In this document: in pieces, positions 50,111-62,200 of the stretch | Position numbering within the stretch: the first letter of the stretch is position 1 | Layout of the letters: each line of letters begins with the position of its first letter | Assembly (NCBI RefSeq): GCF_022539665.2 | Contig: NC_081331.1 | Span: 11,160,001 to 11,224,000 of the forward strand | Origin: Daphnia carinata | Lineage: Eukaryota | DNA length: 64,000 bases | Reading direction: 5' to 3' | Notes under the pieces: model-generated | Seen by the model: only the letters and a program-made list of their open reading frames with translations | Databases searched by the model: none | What the model was told of the DNA's origin: nothing | Position numbers and translations under genes: made by a program

Positions 50111-52450
50111 GAATATGGCAATCCTTTTTATATGGCAATCCGTTTTACATAAAAAAAAAAAAAAAATCACACTTTTTTCTCTTTTTTCTACCCGTAGCCA
50201 TCTACCAGTCGGTTTCGTTATTATAGGCATGTAAGCAATTTGAGTTAATTGTATCCCATTAGCAGTTAATTGAGTAGCGTGGCTGGAGAAAAACTCGTGG
50301 CTGGAGGAACAATTGAAAAATGGATAAGATAATACAACAAAAGGATGGTAAGTATAAAGATTATTATATTGGTTTTCAATTATTAATTATTGTTTATTAG
50401 ATCAAATTATGAAGCTGCAGGCCCAATTATTGGAACAACACAAAATATTGGATAACAGCAATGCTAAGGATGGTAAGGCCTAATACGTAATGATTCTATT
50501 TATTTGCTTTTATTCATTTGTGTTTTGTAGCTCAAATTTTGAGTCTACAAGCTCAGCTAGGGGAAAAGAACAAATTGGAACGGAACAGTTTCCAAACAGT
50601 GAAGGAGGTTTTTCCAAACTCAAACCTAACTGAACGTGAGGATGAATTGGCATTAGGCCTAAACTTTTCAAATAAGAATTCAAAATAAGTATAGAATTTT
50701 AACAAACAATTATTTATTGTTTAGTTATTCAGTCTACCACCTGACAGTGTGTTAAAGTTAAATTCTGTTAGTGGTGCACTAAAAGAATTGTTAGTAATAA
50801 GTCCATGCAGCGAAGGAAGTGAACAATTGTGGGACCGTATTTGGGCTGAAAATGGGTGTGGTACGGAAACCCAGAAATAGCACGAGTTCAACATAAAACA
50901 TGAATTAGGTACTTTTCGGTTTTTTGTCTATCAAAAGAGTATTTTTAATGCTATTATTTTGCATTCACAGAATTTTAGTGGGGGATCAAGTCAAGTCTCG
51001 AAGTGTAACAGGATGGAAGAGTGAGCCTACAGTTGAAAAACACTGAAAGTGCATTACCATTAAGGTATGAGGTAAAGTAATAGAGTATGCAAATTGTCTA
51101 ATGAGAAGTACCATCTTGTGTGAATGAATCCTGTGTAACAACAATCCTTTATAGTTCTGTTATAGCTAGAAGCCTCAAATAATTCTGCTTCTCTTGCTAA
51201 AGAACAACTTGTCCTTTACACTCAGAGTGTTGGTGAAGCTGGGTACTTAAATGGCCCTAAAGATGTTTCACTTCACTGGCATTGCAGCGATGAACATCAT
51301 ACATGGACTCTTTAGGTATGAAAGGAATTTTCTTGAAAAATTTTTGAATTTATGATGAAGCTTTTCTCCTCCTTTTTGCCAACCATGTCTAATCTACAAA
51401 AAAAAAATTATCCAATAGGAAAGGATTTTCAGCATACTGGGAACACAACTATCAACAATGCAACATTCTAGGGGTGTTATTTTATCCTTCAAGAGCCTTA
51501 TACAATGATTTTCATCTACAATTTGTATGGCCTTTCCCGAGCTTCTGCCAGAAGTTGAATCTATGAGTCATGTAAGTCACATGAGCAACAATTGAGATGC
51601 TTAATGGTGTTGTTTTTCTTTTCTCAGTGTAGGTTAATAGTAACATTGGATCTGAAAAAATTCTTGGTTGGGGCAAGACACTGAATAAATTGTTGTAATG
51701 ATTGGATGGATGACATGATATTTCTATACTTCATTCGGATTCCCGAGACGGTATTTGATATTTAAAAAATTGAAGTGCATATCTGGGCTCCCTTCCTTTC
51801 CGTAGCCCCGTTTCCCCTTGACTCGTAATAAGCCCGTAGGGGGTCATGCCCCTACTGTACGGTATATATAAAAACAACATATACCGAGGTTTGGAGGGCT
51901 CTGGCCGGAAAGGGGACGTGGGGTGCCGCTTCGTCCGATGATGTGTTCACGGAGGGTGACGTGGCTGCCCACAAATCCGAACTAAAGGTTAATCGCTCCT
52001 GTAAAAATGTTCCAAATCTTCAGCTCTTCTTCCGGCTTCTCTTAGCCAATCACCGGGTAATCTCCCCGGTGGGTCAACAAGGCAGTGTCTCCCCCTGCCT
52101 GGGTTGACGGCAACTTTTGAAAGGGCTATTGTGCCTTTTTAAAGTTGCAAAAATAATTGTAATGTGCAGAGAATTGTCAATAAAATTTTTTTTATAAAAT
52201 ATTTTTTGCAAAATTCGTTTCTTTCATTGTCTGTATTCGCTGTGTTCACACGTTACACTTTTTATATTTAGCTTGCTTAATTCACCTTTATTGTTTTTGT
52301 CACCTTTGATGGTAAGCATTGTTTCCATTGGTTTATCGTTTATCTGTAAGTATTATTTATTACACTCTTTGAATTTGAGAGACTCTCTCTTGAGATTCAA
52401 GGAACAATCTGGATATTTTATGAAGTAATTTTGTATTTTGTTTTAATCGT

Positions 52451-52507
52451 ATGGGAACCGATCCCCAGACATTCAGCGTGCAACGCCGATGCTCTAACAT
52501 TGAGCCA
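52451..52507 (-). pseudogene. tRNA-derived cassette 3 (TGC)
   Basis: Reverse-complement homolog of 9785-9840. Confidence 0.7.
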
Positions 52508-52617
52508 CGAGATACATCTAAATATTTTATTATCGCATATCATATGTTATCGTCTAGGATGTTTATGCAGTCTTTCACAACTATATGTTTATCTTTCTTT
52601 TGCTTCCATAAGGTTCT

Positions 52618-52681
52618 TAGCTCTGTGGTAGAGCTTTTATCTGCGATACCTGTTACCCTGTGTTCAAACCTCAGTAGATGT
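52618..52681 (+). pseudogene. tRNA-derived cassette 2 (degenerate)
   Basis: TAGCTCTGTGGTAGAGC...GTGTTCAAACC; homolog of 9611-9681. Confidence 0.55.
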
Positions 52682-52805
52682 GTAAAAATGAAGTAGAATA
52701 ATGTAGAAGAGTATATTGCAGAATTGCATTTCAGTTTTATTCTAAGTGTAAATGCAAGTCCACAAGTGACTAGAAAAAAAAGCCAACTTAAAATCATATG
52801 ATTCG

Positions 52806-52862
52806 TGGCTCATTGGTAGAGCATCGGCGAGGTATGCCGAACATCCAGGGTTCGATCCCTGG
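52806..52862 (+). pseudogene. tRNA-derived cassette 1 (GGT)
   Basis: TGGCTCATTGGTAGAGC-A-TCGGC-GAGGTAT-GCCGA-ACATCCAGGGTTCGATCCCTGG. Confidence 0.75.
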
Positions 52863-55122
52863 ATAATAATAGAATGCTTACAGATAAACGATAAACCAAT
52901 ACCCGTCACCTTACCATCAAATGTGACAAAAACAAATAAAGCAAAGCCAAAAAAAAAAAATTGATAAATGCAATGTGTGAACAAAGCTAACACAGACAAT
53001 GAAAGAAACGAATTTTGCAAAAAATATTTTAGAAAAAAAATTTTATTGACAATTCTCTGCACATTACAATTATTTTTGCAACTTTAAAAAGGCACAATAG
53101 CCCTTTCAAAAGTTGCCGTCAACCCAGGCAGGGGGAGACACTGCCTTGTTGACCCACCGGGGAGATTACCCGGTGATTGGCTAAGAGAAGCCGGAAGAAG
53201 AGCTGAAGATTTGGAACATTTTTACAGGAGCGATTAACCTTTAGTTCGGATTTGTGGGCAGCCACGTCACCCTCCGTGAACACATCATCGGACGAAGCGG
53301 CACCCCACGTCCCCTTTCCGGCCAGAGCCCTCCAAACCTCGGTATATGTTGTTTTTATATATACCGTACAGTAGGGGCATGACCCCCTACGGGCTTATTA
53401 TGAGTCAAGGGGAAACAGGGCTTCAGAAAAGAAGGGAGCCCAGATATGCACTTCAATTTTTTTAATATCAAATACCGTCTGGGGAATCCGAATTAAGTAT
53501 AGCAATGTCATGTCATCCATCCAATCAATACAATTTATTCAGTGTCTTGCCCCAACCAAGAATCTTTTCAGATCCAATGTTACTATTAACCTATATTGAG
53601 AAAAGAAAAACAACACCGTTAAACACATCAATTGTTGATCATGGAACTTACATGACTCATAGATTCAACTTCTGGTGGAAGCTTGGGAAAGGACATACAA
53701 ATTGCAGATTAACTTCATTGTATAAGGCTCTTGAATGATAAACTAGCACCTGTAGAATGTTGCATTGTTGATAGTTGTGTTCCCAGTACATGAAAATCCT
53801 TTCCTATTGGATAAAATTTTTTTTGGTAGATAAGACCTGGTTGGCAAAAAGGAGGAGAAATTCTTCGTCATAAATTCAAAATTATTTGAAGAAAAATCCT
53901 TTCATACCTAAAGAGTCCATGTATGATGTTCATCTCTGCAATAGCAGCAAAATTAAAACATCTTTAGGGCCATTTAAGTACCCAGTTTCCCCAACACTCT
54001 GAACGTAAAGGACAAGTTGTTCTTTAGACAGAGAAGCAGAATTATTTGAGGCTTCTAGCTGTGACAGAACTATAAAGGATTGCTGTTGTACTGGATTCAT
54101 TAACACAAGATGGTACTTCTCATTAGGCAATTTGCATTACTCTATTAATTTACCTCACACCTTACGGTAATGCACTCTCAGTGTTTTTTCATCTGTAGGC
54201 TCACTCTTCCATCCTGTAACACTTCCAGACTTGATTTGATCCCCGTTAAAATCTGTGAATGCAAAATAATAGCATTAAAAATACTTTTTCGATAGACAAA
54301 AAACCGAAAAGTACCTAATCCATGTTTCATGTTGAACTTGTGCCATTTCTGGGTTTCTGAACCACACCCATTTTCGGCCCAAATACGTTCCCACAATTGT
54401 TCAGTTCCTTCACTGCATGAGCTTATTACTAACGATTCTTTTAGGGCAGCACTAACAGAATTTAAATTTAACACACTGTCATGTGGTGGACTGAATAACT
54501 AAGCAATAAATAACTGTTTTTTAAAATTCTATACTTATTTTGAATTCTTATTTGAAAACTTTAGGTACCTGGCTGTGTTCGCCTAATGCCAACTCATCCT
54601 CACGTTCAGTTAGAGATGAGTTTTGAAAAACCTCCTTCACTGTTTGGAAACTGTTCCGTTCCAATTTGTTCTTTTCCCCTAGCTGAGCTTGAAGACTCAA
54701 AATTTGAGCTACAAAACACGAATGAATAAAAGCAAATAAATAGAATCATTACGTGTTCGGCCTACGATCCTTAGCTTTGTTATCTAATATTTTGTGTTGT
54801 TCCAATAACTGGGCCTGCAGCTTCATAATTTGATCTAATAAACAATAATTAATAATTGAAAACCAATATAATAATGTTTATACTTACCATTTTTTTGTTT
54901 TATTATCTTATCCATTTTTCAATTGTTCCTCCAGCCACGCGTTGTTCTCCAGCCACGCTACTCAATTAACTGCTAATGGGATACAATTAACTGAAATTAC
55001 TTACATGCCTGTAATAACGAAACCGACTGATAGATGGCTACGGGTAGAAAAAAGAGAAAAAAGTGCGTTTTTTTTTTTTTCCGCCATTTTTTTTTTTTTT
55101 TTATGTAAAACGGATTGCCATA

Positions 55123-55860
55123 AAAAACGACATCTCTTGGAATTCGACAAAAATCCCAGAGTATAATCAAAATTTGACGCTGATTTCGATTCAGTGATTG
55201 GTTTTCTCATTAGAGCAGCCGTTGCAAAAATAGTTAGAAAACAAGATATATTTCTGCTGCATCACGCTAGCGCTGTAGCGTACTGGCGCGCTAGCATGGC
55301 GATACATATTCGATGTATTTCAAAAACAATTGACTTAATGAAAAAAATAGCAATTTTCCCACAATTAGCATTCAATTTTGCGTATATCCTGTAGTATTCA
55401 ATCAACTCTGATGAGTTTCAGTTTTTGCAGAAAAAAAATTTTAAGTCCGACTAAATAATAAGCCCGACTAAATAATAAGCCCAATTTTTTTTTATTTTTT
55501 CGTTTTTTACGTTTATTTTAGAAATCATGAGGCCAATTGGAAAATAAATTTGATTTTCGTAACCAGCACTCAATTCTCAATCGAAATCGTGTATTTTAAG
55601 TGAAATTTAGATTTTGGCCAAAAATGAAAAAGTGAGAAGGCTATAGCCTTCCTACTTTTGTCAAAATCGGACAAAAAAGACATGTCTTGAAATTCGACGA
55701 AAATCGCACAGTGTAATGAAAATTGAATGCTGATTACTATTCAGCTATTGGTTTTTTCATTAAACCAACCATTTAAAAAATAAAATAAAATAAAGAGATG
55801 TTAGCAACCCAACAAACCCACCAAAAACTCGAGCTTATTTTGTCGGACTTATTTTTTGAA
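55123..55860 (+). repeat. AT-rich repeat, right flank of the foldback element
   Basis: Same subrepeats and orientation as 49230-50110. Confidence 0.7.
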
Positions 55861-56203
55861 AATAATCCATGAAAAACGATAAAGTTCCTCATTTCAATAT
55901 TTTCAAGATAAAGGTCTTTCATATTTGCGACTTTACGACAGATCATTCTTCAAACCCATACTATCATCGTTGCAACGGAAGCGAATGATCTTGATACCGG
56001 TTCCGCTGCTTATTTTGTTTGAAGGTGTCGTAGACTTCAAATAATTAATAACTTTAGGCCTATTGTAGATTTATTTTGAACACAAACACTTTTTCTTACC
56101 AAGTAGAAAGTACGTATTACGAAGAGATTTCAAGGCCGAAATAGGAAATAATGGTATCTAATAATATATACGTAGAGCAATACGTTTTCGGGAGGGGTTT
56201 TTT

Positions 56204-57580
56204 TCAATTAAAAGCGAGGTCGGCATGAATTTGTAGCTCTGTCGAATTGATAAGATGGTCCACAGCTGGCAGGACCTCTGTCGCTTCCACACTGCCCATT
56301 AGCTTGCAGGAAATCGTTCGGTCGGCAACCGAATCCAGGCCTAGACGGCCGATGGACATCACGTGTTGGTCTGCTCGGGCTGTAAACAAGAATTCAAAAT
56401 CAGATATTTTTGTTTCGAACAGAATGAAGGGCAAGAAGCTTACACCAAAGGATTTGTGCACTTGAAATTGTTTCCGTTACGATTGCCCAGTTGACAGGGA
56501 TTCAGCATAGATGTCGGGAATACACTGCTTTGTTGAACTATTCCAAAACTAGCTTGTCTCCGGTTCCTCGATAGCTGTTGACTTCGAAAAAATGTAACAC
56601 TCTTTTTTACGGGTTCTTCAGATGTGTGATTGTAGAGCTCGTCTAAAAGAGCATTTTCCTTTGATGAAGAAAAATACGGTGTCGTTGGATCCTCTATGTT
56701 GAGACACTGTCCTTCAGCCTGAAAGATATTGTAACCGAAGAGTTCAGAATACGAGCAAGGACCACGAGTTCCTAAAGCATAGCAGAAGCCATCATCATCA
56801 TCATCATAGCCTATGGTCCTCGATTCTTTAGCAGGCACGAGTTGCAGGAGAAAATCTTGATAGTATCTGTCAAGAGATGGACAAGTGTTGGAACCGCATT
56901 CCAATTTTCCCGACGAACTGACTGTCACCACTTTATCGTATGGACACGGTCCTGTAGAGAAATCGGTGCGAGAAATTAAAATCGAAATCCAACAAATGAT
57001 TTCGTCATGTTTTTGTACCTTGAGTAAACAAAGGAACGCAATCATCTTTATCCGAAGGGAAAGGATATTGTCCAATCGGACAATCGCATATTGGATCTCC
57101 GTAAGCTGAGTAATATAGACGTCGACCTCCCTGGCATTCGTACGTATCGTAGATATCGTGACAAAGCCCGTCGCGACCAACAAATACTCGTTCTCTGCCA
57201 CACAAGCGAGGAGTGCATTTTCCCTGAAAGTAGAACAGAAAAAATTGATTGATTGCACGTTTTATACATTAAGAATTTTCGGTTATCGAAAAAGTACCCA
57301 CCTCGTAGGTATACGGGTCGACCGTTACCCAGTACAGCAAACTTTTGCACGGTCCTTTTTTCAAAACAGGGTAACAATATCCGTCGTCCTTAAATCGAAC
57401 AGCGTAGTCTCCGCAACCATCATCAGGGAATGAAGCATTTGATGGCTTTTTGTTTTGGGGAATGCTTGCAGCATCATAAGTTGGATAACTATTATAAGAA
57501 GTTCCAGGGGAGCTGGGGTAGGTTGAATTGCTTGCCAATGCCAGTGAGAAAGCAGCCATAAATATCACTGCGGCAAACAT
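56204..57580 (-). CDS. Cys-rich DUF4789-like secreted protein, paralog 3 (4 exons)
   Basis: MFAAVIFMAAFSLALAS signal; [67 protein letters not shown]. Confidence 0.82.
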
Positions 57581-59200
57581 GTTTCTAATGTAATTAGAAG
57601 ACACACAGAAACTGATGTTGGTCTTGAGATTGGCCTAGTTGATTTTCCCCCGAAACAAGTTTGTCTCGGGTTTTCCCCTGGACTTTATCTAATGACAAAC
57701 TCGATTCGGTTTTTAATTCGTTGCTGCCCACCGATTTCTAAAAATAACAAATAATTATGTTTAAAAAACGTTGACAAACTTGTTTCCGGCTACGCTATCT
57801 AAATACCGTATTTGATGGAAGAACAGTCACACCACACTGGTCGGAATACGAGTAGCTACTGTTAGCCAATGGCGAGTTGATTTACAAGGGATTCTTAGTT
57901 TGAACTGGTCGGTCTTCAAGAACGCGCTTGGAACCCGTCCACAGCCAAAGGGGAATTAAGATAGACTAACCAGTTCGGTTTAGCTCCTGCCCCTTTTCGG
58001 TTTTTCCGTAAAAAAAAGACATTGATTGTCACACTTCAGCAACAACCCTTCGTACGGCATAATTGGAAAAGAGAAAGGAGGCGGTAAACCCTGCAAACCC
58101 CGCAAGTGTAAATCATCTACGACGTTTTGTTATGAAAGGCGTAAAAAACTAAACAGAAAACACTAGTCATGTTCAATTCAATGTACGGGAGAACCTTGAG
58201 GTGAACATGAATCAGAGAACGATATCAATCTCGATTCAGAAAAAGTATCATATCGTGATCGAGAAGGCCGTAAGACGGAAGGTTAATATCTAGTAGAATA
58301 GGCCGCCACTCCCCACTCCCAGGCACGTTTTTGTGGTCCGCGCCCAACTTTTGGGCGTTTAAACTTCCGATCGACTGACCTTCTTATTCAAATTCGAACG
58401 ACGCGGAAGTCTGGCGTAATAGTGTAAACGTGCCGAACGTGCTGTACACGAATGGAAAGTTTGCATTCCTTGTACGGTTGCTGCTTGCTGTTTGCGCAAC
58501 ATTTTCTTTTGTATGGGGTTCGCGTCATCATTAAAACGTCTTGCTGAGTCAGCTGTTAAAATTGAAAGACTTTAGAAGGTCAAAAGAGTTAAATAACATT
58601 TTTGCGGTAACCGATTACCAATATTAGTTGGGATATTAGTCCTTGCCGATAATGCGGGTTATTTTGATATCGCCGGAATTACGATCACGCAGATAGGTCA
58701 AGGTTCGACCACCGCTATAGCAAGTTTTTATTGCAGTGGCCAAAAACAGCGAAGCGGCCAACGCCCCGTCTGCTTGACACAGTCTCAATATTCTTTGTCC
58801 TAAAAAAAAGATTTCATCATCAAAATCTTTACAAATGTTCTTTACAAATACGTCATTCTTTGGAAAACTCAACGAGTACCCGATAAGCCAGGAGAACACA
58901 ATGGACCCCATTGTGAAAGGTATGTTGCTGCTACCTAAATTTTTGGTGAATCTTTTGCGAAGTCATGATACAATTTGGCCTTCACATAACATGACTGCGG
59001 GGTAAAAATAATTACCACGCGTTGCGCAAGTTAAAAATCTAAAGATTAAATAAAGGGAGGAAAAAAAAAAAAAAAAAAAGCAAACAAAAAAAAACAATAT
59101 AGGAAAAAAAAAAACAAAAAAACAATTATTTCCCAACTAGGGATTACATAAACTGTACTATAAATCAACAAGTTTATCAATAACAATAACTTTTACAAAC

Positions 59201-62200
59201 TTAATCCACAATATAGTCACCTACAGTAACACTTCGGTGGATGGATATCCGATCACCCTTGGCAACAGCCACTAGAAGATCGCTGTCATTTCCCATTTTA
59301 ATTGACCAAGAGTGAAGTGCATTAGCTGTCGGATATGGCAGTCTAAAGCGTTCCACATAACCACTAGCTCCTTCGTAGTGGTAAACAGTAACCGAGTCGT
59401 GTTCAGCCAACAGCAGGTAATTATCCGGTAAATTCCCATGACTGAAAGTTGTGATGGCCCGAACGTCACAAGCTGGAATGATGTGCTCCAATTTCATGGA
59501 ACCTGTGGATGTGCTAAATAATCGCACACCTGGACAACCAATAACACTAGCCGATGCATCAGGCGAGAGTACCATAATGAGCGCAATCATAGATTTGGAA
59601 CCCAAGCGAAAATGATGCATCTTCACACCAGAATTCAGGAGATCGTTCAAGCCAGAAATTTCTGACGATGTCTTAATACGCTCGTATACTTGCAGTCCAG
59701 CCATGGACAACACTGCTGGACTAGATTTACTGAAATTTCCGCTATCACGCGTAGATCGAAGGTCATGAATGTCTTCATTTGTTATATCTGCAACATTTGG
59801 CCCAAAGTCTTCCATCATTTTCATGTGGAAAGGATCAGGCGATGCGATATGCCAAAGTTTCGTTGTCGTTGTAGAGAGACTGGCTGCGTAATCTGGTGGT
59901 AGTGTAAGCCATTTGGATACATTGCCAGTATCCGGAAGAATGCCAACTAAACTGTAGCTCGATTCCGTCGACTTGCGCCGATAGACCATCGACCCCCCAC
60001 TGGTCCCCGCAAAGAGGATAGATGTGCCATTGAGCTGCATTTCGGAAAGCGCGGTTACTGGATGAGGTAGGACAATGGTTTGATTGAGATCCAAGTGATC
60101 CAACTTGAAATACGCGTGGCGAAGGGCATCACGCCATTGCAAGGCTGCTTTGTAAACGTTTCTTTCTTCTGCCTGCTTTTACAAGGTTAAATTAGTCACT
60201 GTTTGAAAAAAAAAAAAATGATAGAACATTCATCGGTAGACCTTGAGTATTCGCGGTTCGTTGAAGCTAATTTCACCAGTTAACTGCCCAACGTTCAAAG
60301 GCTGCTCATTAATCTTGGCTTCTATTGGTAGCAAAAAACTTTCGCCAAGAATGAAAGTTTTATTCATCGACCACACAGCGTTGGTTTCAATAGGACTATC
60401 CAAGTAAAGGGTTCGTACAGCCAGATCGGATAAATCGATATCATTGGTCAGCCTAACATTCACGATGTCACCACTCACCGAGAAATCGCTGAAGTGTGGG
60501 GCCCCTAAGAAAAGAAATTGTGTTTGGTTGTACATAATGGTTACCATCAAAATCTTGCGTCAATACAATTACCATGGATAATTCCATCATTGGTCAGGGA
60601 GATTACTTCCTGACTGAAATCAGGTACCCCGTTCACTTTTTGGTTAACCCTGAGGTTTCCGAGCATTTCAACCTGGCCTTGGAAGACTTTGTTTGATTCG
60701 ACGATTTCGTCACCATCAACCTTAAAATACAAATGCCTTCAAGAGCCGAATTCCAAGAATATTGTGGGAAAGACATTTACCATCCAAGTATTGGCGCATT
60801 CCGCATTCAAGTCAAAACCGTTTACTCGAGCTCCATCTTCCAGCAAGATTTCACCCAAGATTGTAATTTTATCTACCTCCATAGTGTTGGATAGTTCTTG
60901 ATCACCGTCCAGCGAAACAAATCCGGAGGGGAAAGGTTGATTGTTGAGCCTAGAGGCTAGCACGTTCTTGCTAACCGTGACAGTAGCAAATGCAATGGTG
61001 CCATTCACAGTGTCATTGACGTCAAGCCGAATAGCTTGTCTCGCTGTTCCCATTACATCTGGATAGACTGAATTACTTGAGAGATTACGCGTGGACATCC
61101 GCGCCGTTTGCAAGTTAATAAAGTTCTTTTTGGCAGTAATGTTTGCATCCACATCCATCAAGACCACATCTTCGGCAAACTTCTTTATGTTGACATTATT
61201 CAGTTCTACGACGTTTAGCGCACCAGCAATCTGCATAAATTTTTAATCAGGTAGCCATGAAACGACTTTCATATTAGACAACTATTAGTTACCTCAATAG
61301 GGTTGCTAAATGTAACTGTTCCATTGAATCGATTTGTCTCATTGAGGCGTGCCAGCGAAGAAACTAACTGTTGCCAAGTTTCGCCCTGAAGTGATACAAT
61401 CTCGAGAGAATTTACGTCGATAAGCTGATTAAAGGCGATATCTCCATGATGGATGTTATGAGTTAACGTATGGGAGGAGAATAGCAACGAATTCGGCACG
61501 CCGTTGAGGGTGGCCGAATCTCCTACTAACTTAAGATCTCCCGCTGTCACTTGGTTAGTAAATTGGATAGGTGATTCAATCGTCTGGTCCGCGCTGATAT
61601 GCAAGAATGAGTCAATCAAACGACGCCCGTTAATCAGCTCAGAATCAACGTCGCCGTTCACTGTGAGTTTTCGAAAGGTCTTGGTTCCTGTTGCAAACGG
61701 CTTTTGGCCCTGACGTACAACTTCGTCTTTGAGTAATTGAATTTTGTAGTGATTCACGGTTTCGTGAACATGCATTTGCTCCGATTCCAGATGATCAAAT
61801 GAAACGGTGTTGAACACTAAATTTCCATGGATATCCCCAGCTACTTGACTTAAGCTGGAAAGATCGTAGCCATTGACTTTATTCAACGCAGTCGTCATAT
61901 TGCCCCGTACTTCCAGTAAATCCAGGTCGAATCCTTTGGCTTCGATTGTTTGAACAGATCTTGAATTGGCGTGAACAAAAGATGAATTCCACTCGTTCAC
62001 AGTTAGGCCGTTCAGTATCCGGAAGGAAAGTGCGTCGGCAGAAAGACTGTTGAGTTTCCAGGTGCCTTTAATCCACTGGTCAGTTGAGACCGTGACTCGC
62101 CGACGATCGAAGAGATCTAAGTCCAGCCCGTTAACATGGTTTAAGTTGTCTGTCATGTTCAGGTTGCCTCGGACTGTTAACAAACTGAACTCTGGTGAGA

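Larger units (their letters stand above)
50131..55122. mobile_element. Complete ~5.0 kb foldback element, copy 2 (arm A' +, tRNA-like spacer, arm A -)
   Basis: Termini TATGGCAATCCGTTTTACAT (50131) and ATGTAAAACGGATTGCCATA (55122). Arms of ~2.2 kb are mutually inverted around a ~550 bp spacer. No intact ORF. Confidence 0.9.
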
